Below are positions 8,026-16,359 of a DNA stretch of 32,125 nucleotides, piece after piece. How positions within the stretch are numbered: position 1 is the first letter of the stretch; each line of letters starts with the position of its first letter. The DNA comes from a bacterium (GTDB lineage: Bacteria > Babelota > Babeliae > Babelales > GCA-2401785). The notes beneath the pieces were generated by a model, which saw only the letters and a program-made list of their open reading frames with translations, did no database searches and was not told where the DNA came from. The position numbers were made by a program, and so were the translations under genes. The stretch spans positions 1 through 32,125 of the forward strand of contig DAOVOC010000002.1 of the NCBI GenBank assembly GCA_030629865.1, written 5' to 3'.

Positions 8026-11000
8026 TGAAGCTTAAATTATTTGTCATCCCACTTCTAATTCCCAGTTTTTTAAATGCTACAGTGGCGGACCATGGATTTG
8101 CGGTAATCGAGCGATTGCGCAACAGTACAACATATCCAGTCCAAGTTAGCACGAAAAAAACTGTTCATGACCGGCTGCCTATAGAGTCAGTTGTTCGCAT
8201 AAAGTCGCGCAAGCCAGAATATGGTGAAGATGGTCGCTACTATGCTCTGCGCCAGGATGGTGGCCGCTATATTTTGCGCTCTGATGCAATCGATTCGTCT
8301 GATCCTGCAACCGAATTTATTGTGTATCGTCATCTTGATAAAGATCTAAACGATTGGCTGGGATTTTCTTCATTTGCTGCAAATAGACAGATGATGCGTG
8401 CAACAAAAACTCAGTCGGTTCAGTTTTTTGGTAAAGACTTTGAAAATGAAGAGTCGATAGGTGCTCACTGGAAAATTTCTGGAAGCAACTTGATTGGGTG
8501 TCATCTGCAAAGTCGTTTAACAAAGGGCTTTTTGAGCGCGCGTAGCTTGGATGATGCTCGCCTGGATATTGCAAAATATGTTCGACCAGAGATGCCGAAA
8601 ATAAAGTTTTTGGACAGTAAAAGTTTTTCTAAAGATAAGCCACGTTACAAAAGTTACGTAAAAGAGCTTAAAAAAGATGTTTTTCTATCTCTTGGTGATT
8701 TGTCTGTTCTTGCGCGCAATCCATATGAGCCTTGGTTTACCTTCAAGAAATTTAAACCTGGCTTTTTTAAAATGGGTTTTTCTGATGCAAAGGCAACGGT
8801 AAAAATAAGAAAGAAATCCAATCCTTTTTCTGTTCATGAAATGCTTGCACTTATAAATCATACTAGGCGGTACATTTTAGAAAAACCAACGCAGGTAGTA
8901 AGTACAGTTGAAGGATTTGGCAAAGAGGCTGAAGAGGCGCGCAAGAGATCATTTCAAGAAAACCATCAACTTTTATATGGAGACAAAATTCGATTTGTTC
9001 ACCATTTTACGTGGCAAAATTTATATGCAAATCGTGACAGGTTCAATCACGAAGGTAGTTCTGAAAATATGATGACTTTCTGTTCTAACGACGATGTGAA
9101 CAGCGAGGATTCTGAGTTTGCTGATTCGTGGTGGATTGTTAAAGGACCGCACAGTGATGACGATCGTTTTAATTGTGCGATTGGGACGCCCGTGGGGAAT
9201 AGTGCAACGATTCGTTTGGAACATGTTATAACGGGGAAAAATTTAAGATGTCAAAAAACCGCGCCACCTAGCGTTATAGTTGGCGGGATTGAAAGACAAA
9301 AACATCGTTATGAAGTTTCTATTGCTGGTAAAGATGGTATTGGAACTTCTTATGATAACTGGACAATTTCATTTCACGATAAAGCTAAGCAGTTCAATTC
9401 TGGACAACTTTTTTTATTAAATCATGTTGCTACAGGAAGTTCTCTTTTTTCTGATAATGAATTTTTTACTTCAAGTGGTAGTTCTACAAATATTGTTGAT
9501 GATAACTCAATGTGGATTGTTGAGCTTACTCTTGGTGTTACAGGAGAGGGCCGACCTGTAAGATTTCGAGATCGAGTTAGATTTAAAAATATGACAACGG
9601 GCCGCTATCTGCACCTGCAGCAGCATGATTCTAATGTTGCGGCAACAGAAGATATACAAAAGGAAGACACTGCAATAATGTGGCGCATTAAAGGAGCACA
9701 CAAAAAAGGTGACAGGTGGAATTGCAGAAATGAACAAGTCGAATCTGGTGCTATAATTCGCTTAGAGAGTTCTTCTAACGGAAAAAATCTTTTTATCGAT
9801 CCTACTTTTGAAAATCCTGGTTTGAAGACGCAGCAAACCATGGGTCCCGGCATTGGAAATGAAAATGACGATTGGGAACTAAAAATAATTGGCAAGAATC
9901 AAACCCTCGTCGATGGCTCCAGAGTTGTTCTTCGTCATGTACAAAGTAGACAAAAAAAAGTAGTGCGAGAGATTGCCGTTAATACATCTGATGAACTTAT
10001 CGCCAAAGAATATATTGAGAAAATTGCTGCAAAGAAACCAGAAAAGCAAAGCATTTTGCAGCGTGTAGCGGCATTGCAGCTCGAAACCGAAGAGACAAAA
10101 CAAATGCGCGAAGAGATTCGCAAGCTTGATGATGAAGATCAAAAAAAACAAGCTGCGCTTCAAAAAAAAGCAAAGGCTAGAGCAGATAAATTAACTGGCG
10201 AAGCAAAAGTGAAAGCTTTAGAAGCGATTCAAGAAATCAAAAAGCCAAAGAGTCCACGTAAAAAAGAGTTAGAAGCAAAATTAACGCAGCATGATCACAA
10301 GCTTTTATGGTTTGTTAGCGATTCTAGCACAAGCCAAGTTTCTGCAAAAGATACTGCATGGACGGGCGTTCCATATGGATCGCCTGCAGAGCAAGGACCA
10401 GATGAGTTGATAGATATAGAGGTTGTGCGTCTTGGCCGTGGTGCCGGCGTTTTGCCTGGCAGAACAGTTGATATCAAGGTTGATTTGCTTACAAAGCCTC
10501 CAACATTTTCGGGATTTGCAATAGAAAAAGTTTTAAATTTTGATTCAAGTTTCCTTCTTAACCTAAATCCGCTTCTAAATAAAGGCGCTGCATGGCTCGA
10601 AAGATCTCTAGACACCCCAGGGCGGGCATCAGTTGCTTTTATGGCGCAGGCGAAAGATAAAGGCGATATTCAGGTGCTATTTGGTAACGAGCTTGTATTG
10701 GATTATACGTGGAAAATTATTATTGGCGCCAACAACAATACCGAAACACAAATTATTCGCAGAAGTTTAAAAGATGGCGAGCCAAAAGATAAAGTTGTTG
10801 CATCTGTGCGTAAAGAGACAAATCCTTTGGCAGCAGCTTCTCCCGGGCGTTTTGTTCCTTACTGGGTAAGTGTTTATGATGGCGAGATTCTTTTAGGTGG
10901 AGGTAACATTATTGGTGAGAGCGTAATTCTTGCCTGGAAAGATGTAGAGCCTCGTAGCAAAGTTTCTCGAATTGGTTTTGGGTCATATAAATCTGCAGTC

Positions 11001-12941
11001 AAATATGCCGGCGTTCAAGTTGGCTCACCTGTTACATTGCAAAAACCAAAAAGAATTTATGTAAAAATTCCTTCTGCCTCTCTAAGTGCTTCTCAAGAAC
11101 CTGTGTGGCAACAGAAGGGGCTGCGCATTCCTGGCAGGGGCAGCGTTAGTTTTTCTGTCAAAGGCAGGTCGGAAGTATTAGTTGTTCTTGGTAATGCCGG
11201 TGGCAGAGCCTCTGGGCGTTATGCTGTTCGGTTTACAAGCCAAAATCACGAACAAAAAGGAAGAGTGTCTTTATTGAAGTTAGATGGGCAAAAAGATGAG
11301 TACACCACTTTAGCTTCAACTCCGTTTGGTATTTCTACTTGGGCATTGCAAGAACAGGAGTGGAAAAGTTTTTGGATAAGTGTGATGGGTGGACGGTTCT
11401 TTATTGGAAATGGTGCAATTGGCGAAAATCTTTTCTTGTATCACTGGGACCCGGCCGCATTTGATGAATTTAGGCAAATTGGCTTGCAAAGTGTTGCTGG
11501 AGAAGCCCAACTAAAAGATATTGTTATTGCCCCCGCAGTAACTGTCGCACTACAACAGGAACAAGAAGAATACGAAACAGGTGCCGCTGCAGCGATGAAA
11601 ACTTACAGAGGCGATCTGCATGTTATCGCCCCGTTTGAATACCATTTTTCGCAAGAGGGACAGGTTGTTAAGTTTGAAGACAAAATTAACAAAAAAACAT
11701 TTTATCCAGGAAAAACGCCGCAGCAGGACGCATGGTATTACTTTATGCTCACCATTGCCAAAGATGGATTCCCCAAACTTGTCTGGTCTCGTCAGCCAGA
11801 AAATCCACAAAAAATTGAAAAGCAAAAGTCGGCATATCTAACGCGAGCTGGTGGTGAAGCATTTTACCAAGCGTCAACTTACACACAAGGTGCTGGTGAA
11901 GTGGCCAGTGTTGTTGGAGCAACGCTGAGTATTGCCCATGCAGAAGTTGGCCTTGCCTTGATGAAAAAAGCAATTACTGATGAGGCTAAGGTTAAATATG
12001 GGTATAGAGATCACACGGCGTACACTTATCTTGATGCAACAAATTACACCAAGATGAGTGATGTTGGCATTCCTCGCGAAGCAAAAAACAATCGAATTAA
12101 AGTTGAAGGACTTCTTGAGCTTGGAAGTAAATGGAAGCCTTCTTCTCAAAAAAAATTAGAGCGACTTATTCCCCATTATTTGCAGACAGTTCTTTTGGTT
12201 AACCATCCGTATGTGGTCAGAAACCCTGTTGTTAAAAATAGTATAATTTCCAACATCGAAACGTTGTATGCCGCTCATAAAGAACTGCATGCTCCGCCCA
12301 AGGATAAATATGATCCCACTTATAAACAGATGATGAACCTTCTTATGCATGCCTACAACAACACATCGCTGACAAGCCCTTATGAAGCAAAAGACCAGCA
12401 AAAACGGCTTACATGGCTAGGGTGGCTTAACGAGTTGTCGCGAGAAATTTTGCAAAAAAATCCGCGCGGGACATTAATGTTGCGTCCAAGTTTTGGTGAA
12501 TATGTGTGGCTTTCAGAAAAGTTTGCTCTTCCTGACAGCGGTTCAGTTTCTTTTGAAGCAAAAGGGGCAAATGATATTATGGTCGGCCTTGCTGCAAGGC
12601 CTCAGCAGATGCGCAATACTTCAAACGATATTTATGAAGTCTCTATTGGTTCTAATAACAATTCAATGACTTCCATTCGTGCTTACAGCTTGGACCGGTC
12701 TGTGGCTCAGACAACAAAGCCAAAAGCGCGCGCCAACAGTTTGGTTATGCAAAAATACTGGATTAGCGTTAACAATGGCAAAATTGTATTTGGTAAAGGA
12801 GAGATGTTAGAAGAAAATAAACTTCTAGAGTGGCAGGATCCTTACCCTGTAACTGGAGTGAGAAATATTGGGCTTAGTTGTTGGGATGTGCCCGTAGAAT
12901 TTCGCAATATCACTACAGGGCAGGCTTTGTCGTTCAAATAA
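8025..12941 (+). CDS. Giant secreted protein, paralogue of 3140-7915: signal peptide, conserved N-terminal domain, two MIR-type beta-trefoils, Lys/Glu coiled-coil insert, three FAMeT-like modules
   Basis: GTG 8025 is preceded by AAGGGTG. MKLKLFVIPLLIPSFLNATVA is signal-peptide-like. The protein is colinear with the previous gene by eye. MIR trefoil 1 lies at about 8971-9455 (LLYGDKIRFVHH; SWWIVKGPH..C.IGTPVGNSATIRLEHVITGKNLRCQ; DNWTISF..LFLLNHVATGSSLFS). MIR trefoil 2 lies at about 9558-9950 (VRFRDRVRFKNMTTGRYLHLQ; IMWRIKGAH..W.C..EQVESGAIIRLESSSNGKNLFID; DDWELKI..GSRVVLRHV). Coiled-coil insert at about 9990-10290. FAMeT-like modules at about 10620-11033, 11134-11540 and 12535-12925. Stop TAA 12939-12941. 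Confidence 0.85.
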   Translation: MKLKLFVIPLLIPSFLNATVADHGFAVIERLRNSTTYPVQVSTKKTVHDRLPIESVVRIKSRKPEYGEDGRYYALRQDGGRYILRSDAIDSSDPATEFIVYRHLDKDLNDWLGFSSFAANRQMMRATKTQSVQFFGKDFENEESIGAHWKISGSNLIGCHLQSRLTKGFLSARSLDDARLDIAKYVRPEMPKIKFLDSKSFSKDKPRYKSYVKELKKDVFLSLGDLSVLARNPYEPWFTFKKFKPGFFKMGFSDAKATVKIRKKSNPFSVHEMLALINHTRRYILEKPTQVVSTVEGFGKEAEEARKRSFQENHQLLYGDKIRFVHHFTWQNLYANRDRFNHEGSSENMMTFCSNDDVNSEDSEFADSWWIVKGPHSDDDRFNCAIGTPVGNSATIRLEHVITGKNLRCQKTAPPSVIVGGIERQKHRYEVSIAGKDGIGTSYDNWTISFHDKAKQFNSGQLFLLNHVATGSSLFSDNEFFTSSGSSTNIVDDNSMWIVELTLGVTGEGRPVRFRDRVRFKNMTTGRYLHLQQHDSNVAATEDIQKEDTAIMWRIKGAHKKGDRWNCRNEQVESGAIIRLESSSNGKNLFIDPTFENPGLKTQQTMGPGIGNENDDWELKIIGKNQTLVDGSRVVLRHVQSRQKKVVREIAVNTSDELIAKEYIEKIAAKKPEKQSILQRVAALQLETEETKQMREEIRKLDDEDQKKQAALQKKAKARADKLTGEAKVKALEAIQEIKKPKSPRKKELEAKLTQHDHKLLWFVSDSSTSQVSAKDTAWTGVPYGSPAEQGPDELIDIEVVRLGRGAGVLPGRTVDIKVDLLTKPPTFSGFAIEKVLNFDSSFLLNLNPLLNKGAAWLERSLDTPGRASVAFMAQAKDKGDIQVLFGNELVLDYTWKIIIGANNNTETQIIRRSLKDGEPKDKVVASVRKETNPLAAASPGRFVPYWVSVYDGEILLGGGNIIGESVILAWKDVEPRSKVSRIGFGSYKSAVKYAGVQVGSPVTLQKPKRIYVKIPSASLSASQEPVWQQKGLRIPGRGSVSFSVKGRSEVLVVLGNAGGRASGRYAVRFTSQNHEQKGRVSLLKLDGQKDEYTTLASTPFGISTWALQEQEWKSFWISVMGGRFFIGNGAIGENLFLYHWDPAAFDEFRQIGLQSVAGEAQLKDIVIAPAVTVALQQEQEEYETGAAAAMKTYRGDLHVIAPFEYHFSQEGQVVKFEDKINKKTFYPGKTPQQDAWYYFMLTIAKDGFPKLVWSRQPENPQKIEKQKSAYLTRAGGEAFYQASTYTQGAGEVASVVGATLSIAHAEVGLALMKKAITDEAKVKYGYRDHTAYTYLDATNYTKMSDVGIPREAKNNRIKVEGLLELGSKWKPSSQKKLERLIPHYLQTVLLVNHPYVVRNPVVKNSIISNIETLYAAHKELHAPPKDKYDPTYKQMMNLLMHAYNNTSLTSPYEAKDQQKRLTWLGWLNELSREILQKNPRGTLMLRPSFGEYVWLSEKFALPDSGSVSFEAKGANDIMVGLAARPQQMRNTSNDIYEVSIGSNNNSMTSIRAYSLDRSVAQTTKPKARANSLVMQKYWISVNNGKIVFGKGEMLEENKLLEWQDPYPVTGVRNIGLSCWDVPVEFRNITTGQALSFK

Positions 12942-12947
12942 AGTCCA

Positions 12948-12971
12948 GGGGCCGCGTACTAACGCGGCCCT
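12948..12971. terminator. GC-rich hairpin between convergent genes, candidate bidirectional terminator
   Basis: GGGCCGCGT-acta-ACGCGGCCC is a perfect 9-bp stem (12949-12957 / 12962-12970) with a 4-nt loop. It starts 7 nt after the TAA of the + strand gene and ends 54 nt before the stop of the - strand gene. No strong T-run follows on the + strand; TTTATTT lies on the - strand side. Confidence 0.5.
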
Positions 12972-13024
12972 CTCGGCTCCCACACCACACAGGTGCCGGG
13001 ATAGGGAAAATGTTTAATTTTTTA

Positions 13025-14995
13025 TTAGCCAAATATCCAGGACCAAAATCCTGGCTTTTCTTGTTTTGCTGCCTCTTGTTTAACTGTAACTGCAATATTT
13101 GTAGAAGGATCTTTAGCGAGTGCCTTCTTGGTGCGAGTTATTTGTGCTCTTTGTGCTTCTGCCTGTTTTTGGGTTACCAGGCGTGCAATTTTAATATCAA
13201 GTCCGTCTTGGCGCGCGGCAACGCGAACAATGCCGTTACATAGTTCTTCAATTCCACGTGCAGAAAAGCCACGAGTTCTTTGGGCAAGTTCTAGATAGAA
13301 CTTGTTAAATCCAACTGGGATTGCAACATCTCGTTTTTCAGCGGCTTTTCTTAGATACATTTCAATAAGTTGTTCTCGTTCTGGTAGTTCTGGAAGTCCA
13401 ATTTCAAATTGGTGACCAGAAGTTCTGTCAAACACGGCGCTGTCGAGTTGTTCTGGATGGTTGGTGGCCATAATAAACATAAATCCATCGTTGGAAGGCG
13501 CAGGCACAGCTGCTAAAAATGCTTCTGTTAATGCGCGAGTTAGCGATGTTGCTTCTGTGCCATATCGAGCTGCAAAAATACGTTCTGCTTCGTCAATAAA
13601 TATAATTACGCGTTTTTTACCCTTGCGTGCGCGCCTTCTTGTGTAGTCCATAAGTTCCGTAAAGCTTTTTGCAGCATTGTGTGTTGTCATTTGAGTAAAA
13701 CGAGAACCAGAGGTAAAAAAGAATTCAACGTTTTTGTCCACAGTGTGCATGCGTTTTGCCATGCCTTTACCAAAGAACGATTTTCCTGTTCCTGGAGGAC
13801 CATGGAGTAAAATGTTGTACATTTCGCCAAGTGTGGAAATTTCTTCGATAGTTCCTTCTAGCTGACCCTTGAGTTTTGGAGAAATAACCATCTCGCTCAA
13901 ATCGCGGCATTCATCGAGTTTTATTGGGTCCAGAACTGCAGGGCGGCCAAATTGTTTTACAGCCCATTTGTAGAAAAGAATGCTTGATACAATAAAACCG
14001 CTTCCAATGACGGTGTATAATCCCAAGGAAAGCATTTTTTTTCTAAAGGATGTGGTTTGGGCTTCTTCTATAGATTTAACTGCTCCGACTCTTCCATTAA
14101 GAGCGTCAGTAATGGCTTGTTCGCTTGTCGCTTTTTGCCCTTCAGTACTTAATAGCCTTTTTCTTTTTGCCTCTTCCTCGGTCTCAAGTTGCCGTCTTTC
14201 TAGTTCTTTCTTTGTCAATTTAGTTTGGTGATCTGAATCAGTAAGCTCTTCTTGCCTTTGTGTTTGGGCTTGGGATTTAGCAAGAATTGCTTCGGTGTTT
14301 TTTTGGGACATTGAACTTATAAAAGTTGAAACAGCTTTTTTTGCTTTAGTCCAATTTTCAGGAGCTGAAACTGCCTTTTTTTGCGGGTGACTTCCTGTTA
14401 TGACTGTTTGCCCTGCAAGAAATGCTTTTAAATAGAAAGAAAATTTGTCGGTAGCGGTCGATGATCTTGGACTCATTAAGCTGAGATTTTTTTGAGGTTT
14501 ATTGCTTGTCTCAAATGTAGTAAGGTTTGTTTCTAGTAAAAGTATCGGTCGATCTAAAACTTTAGTTTTAAATTCTGATTGCCAATATTTTTTTGTATGC
14601 TGCATTGTTTTTTTGTCAGAATGTTGCCAGCCACCAGCCAGCCATGCGGTTTCAGCGCTTTTCAGAAGATTCTCAAATGCTTTTTTTAGGCTTTCCTTTT
14701 TTGTTTTTTCTAATTTTTGCGCAACTTCAACGATTGTTGGTTCCCATAGGGGTGACACCGGAAAAGATTGTGTTAGGGAATTTTTTTTACCTTTACCTTT
14801 AGTTGGTAAGTTGCCTACGGTAGGAACTCTTGATCTTGATCTCGATTTTCTTAGATTTGGTTTCCTTGATGGTGATCTTGGTTTTTCTGTTCCCAAAACT
14901 GTCGTTGTTACACCAAAGCCTACAAAAAGCACAAAAAGGGTGGCGAAAAGCCTGCTAGAAAAGAAATTTTTGATTTTAAACATTTTTGTGTTCAT
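13025..14995 (-). CDS. Membrane-anchored AAA+ ATPase with N-terminal signal anchor, coiled coil, central TM and C-terminal AAA module; ATAD3-like
   Basis: ATG 14995 is preceded by AGGGAAAAACA. N-terminal hydrophobic segment [20 protein letters not shown]. Coiled coil [29 protein letters not shown]. Central TM [22 protein letters not shown]. Walker A GPPGTGKS, Walker B IIFIDEAE, sensor-1 region [11 protein letters not shown], Arg finger region AVFDR. Several stretches recall ATAD3 from memory: [44 protein letters not shown]. Stop TAA 13025-13027. Confidence 0.8.
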   Translation of the reverse strand: [656 protein letters not shown]

Positions 14996-15284
14996 TGTTT
15001 TTCCCTATTAATATTTTGCCTAATTTCTTTGTTTATCACTTTTAGTGGTGTGCTACTACCCCATGGCACTGGCCAGCTGGCAACATATGCAGTGGTGTTT
15101 TACATATGTTTGTAGTGTTTTTACCAGCCTTCAGATTACGGGCTGTGCAGCTCGAGTCAAATTGAAACATTTTTTGTACAAAAAAGTGCTTTTTATGGGG
15201 TTTTGCTTTTTGGGCAGGTGGAAAAAAAAGATCTGTGGTGTAAGCTGTTTTGACATTATATTGGCCTCTAGAAGCGTGGTAAGA

Positions 15285-16337
15285 ATGAAAAAGCTTTGTT
15301 TTTTAACCATTGGGTTGTTTTTTGCAGTGATGCCGAAATTGGCATTTTTAGCAGAAAACACCCCAAAACCTGAAAAATGGCCCCAAATTTATATTGACCA
15401 CACTGGGCAAGATTATTCAAAGATTGTTTTTGCAGCCAAATTTGATTCTTCAGAAGAAAAAAAAAGTTTTTTTAAAAGTTTCTTTGAATTTTTTAAGGAA
15501 CGTAGTGAGCAGGAAAAAGCGGCAAAGTTGCTTAAAAGGGCAGATGACCTTGATCAAAAGAATAAAAAAAACAAAAAGCGTCTACGTTTGGTAGAAAAAG
15601 CCTTAGAAAAAAGACAAGGCGTATTGAAAGATGAGATAGATGCGAAAAATGATATTGTTTTTCTAAGAAAGCTTGCTAAGGCAATGGTCTATTGCGAGCC
15701 CAAAGTAATTAAGCGTTATGGAAATAATATGAATGGGCCATTAGGATATTTAAAGGATTGGAATTTTGTTTTAAATACTATTCCTGGGTTTTCATCTTTT
15801 AGACTGAAGTTTAATTACCGACTTTGTTGTGAAAAGAATATTGAAGAACTTGCATGGGAGTACCATTGGGACGATACAAGACAAGCTGTTAAATGGTGGC
15901 TGAGCGAATTGAATGCATCGAAGTTTGCGAGTGTCAGAAGGCGCGTGAAGACGCTTTTGGAGGATGGAGGCACCGCTAATCCGGTCACTAAAAAGTTTTT
16001 GCAAAACCTTTGGGACAAAGAATTTAAAAATAAATGGAACTTTTCTCCTCTTGTCCCAGCTAATTTGTGTGGATATTCAGCCGCTATTGTGGGCATTGCT
16101 ACTTTTATTGCAGCTTACAGAAGGGCCAAGAATAATAAATTGTTCTTCAAGCGTTCAAAAAAGAAGAACTCTCATTTTAAGATGGCGCTAAAGCATCTAT
16201 TTCTTTTTCCAGAAGCGTTTTGTCTAAAAGAAAGTAAGGCGGCAATGTTTACATGGCTTTTGTGTGGTGCATGGATTGCGGGCAAATTGCCTCCTTTAAA
16301 TAAAACGTTTTGGAATCGAGTGGTAGAACTTGGTTAA
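15285..16337 (+). CDS. Exported/membrane protein of unknown function, tandem paralogue A (signal peptide, charged helical region, conserved 2-TM C-terminus)
   Basis: The internal ATG 15285 gives MKKLCFLTIGLFFAVMPKLAFLAEN, a signal-peptide-like start that matches the N-terminus of the next gene. The upstream 80 codons of the ORF-track call are Cys/Phe-rich with no counterpart in the paralogue. The C-terminal block WNFSPLVPANLCGYSAAIVGIATFIAAY...FKMALKHLFLFPEAF..FTWLLCGAWIAGKLPPLNKTFWN is shared with 16360-17349. Confidence 0.75.
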   Translation: MKKLCFLTIGLFFAVMPKLAFLAENTPKPEKWPQIYIDHTGQDYSKIVFAAKFDSSEEKKSFFKSFFEFFKERSEQEKAAKLLKRADDLDQKNKKNKKRLRLVEKALEKRQGVLKDEIDAKNDIVFLRKLAKAMVYCEPKVIKRYGNNMNGPLGYLKDWNFVLNTIPGFSSFRLKFNYRLCCEKNIEELAWEYHWDDTRQAVKWWLSELNASKFASVRRRVKTLLEDGGTANPVTKKFLQNLWDKEFKNKWNFSPLVPANLCGYSAAIVGIATFIAAYRRAKNNKLFFKRSKKKNSHFKMALKHLFLFPEAFCLKESKAAMFTWLLCGAWIAGKLPPLNKTFWNRVVELG

Positions 16338-16359
16338 TATTTATAAAAATACGGCGGCC

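Noticed and set aside
1-12941. Diversity-generating retroelement or cassette-type variation acting on the repeated C-terminal modules of the giant genes.
   Set aside because: The window has no reverse transcriptase gene. There is no near-identical template/variable repeat pair at the DNA level. The paralogous modules are diverged at all codon positions rather than at adenine-specific sites.
15064-15092. TGGCAC / CTGGCA-N-TGCA strings resembling a sigma-54 -24/-12 promoter upstream of 15285.
   Set aside because: The GG to GC spacing is wrong in both candidate registers: one has no GC at the required distance, and the other has 8 intervening nt instead of 10.
15170-15185. Perfect 16-bp palindrome TTTTTTGTACAAAAAA in the divergent control region between the AAA+ gene and the 2-TM paralogues, considered as an operator.
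   Set aside because: A perfect 8+8 palindrome is expected about 0.5 times by chance in 32 kb even with equal base frequencies, and more often in AT-rich DNA. It has no second copy in the window. It is worth remembering but is not evidence on its own.
15045-15284. N-terminal extensions in the ORF track: 15045-15284, 16330-16359, 17356-17463, 23476-23547, 28603-28644 and TTG 3128.
   Set aside because: In each case an internal start yields a canonical N-terminus: a signal peptide matching a paralogue, the conserved AlaRS start, or an IS30 start with AAGGAG. The extension is Cys/Phe-rich or has no counterpart in homologues.
15457-15473. Homopolymer tracts in coding regions, considered as slipped-strand phase-variation switches. 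Examples: A9 at 15457-15465 followed by T7, A9 at 16363-16371 just after a start codon, and A8 at 9951-9958 and 10141-10148.
   Set aside because: Such runs are the expected by-product of AAA Lys codons in Lys-rich proteins of an AT-rich genome. The tracts are short (9 nt or fewer). No frame-shifted alternative continuation is visible.
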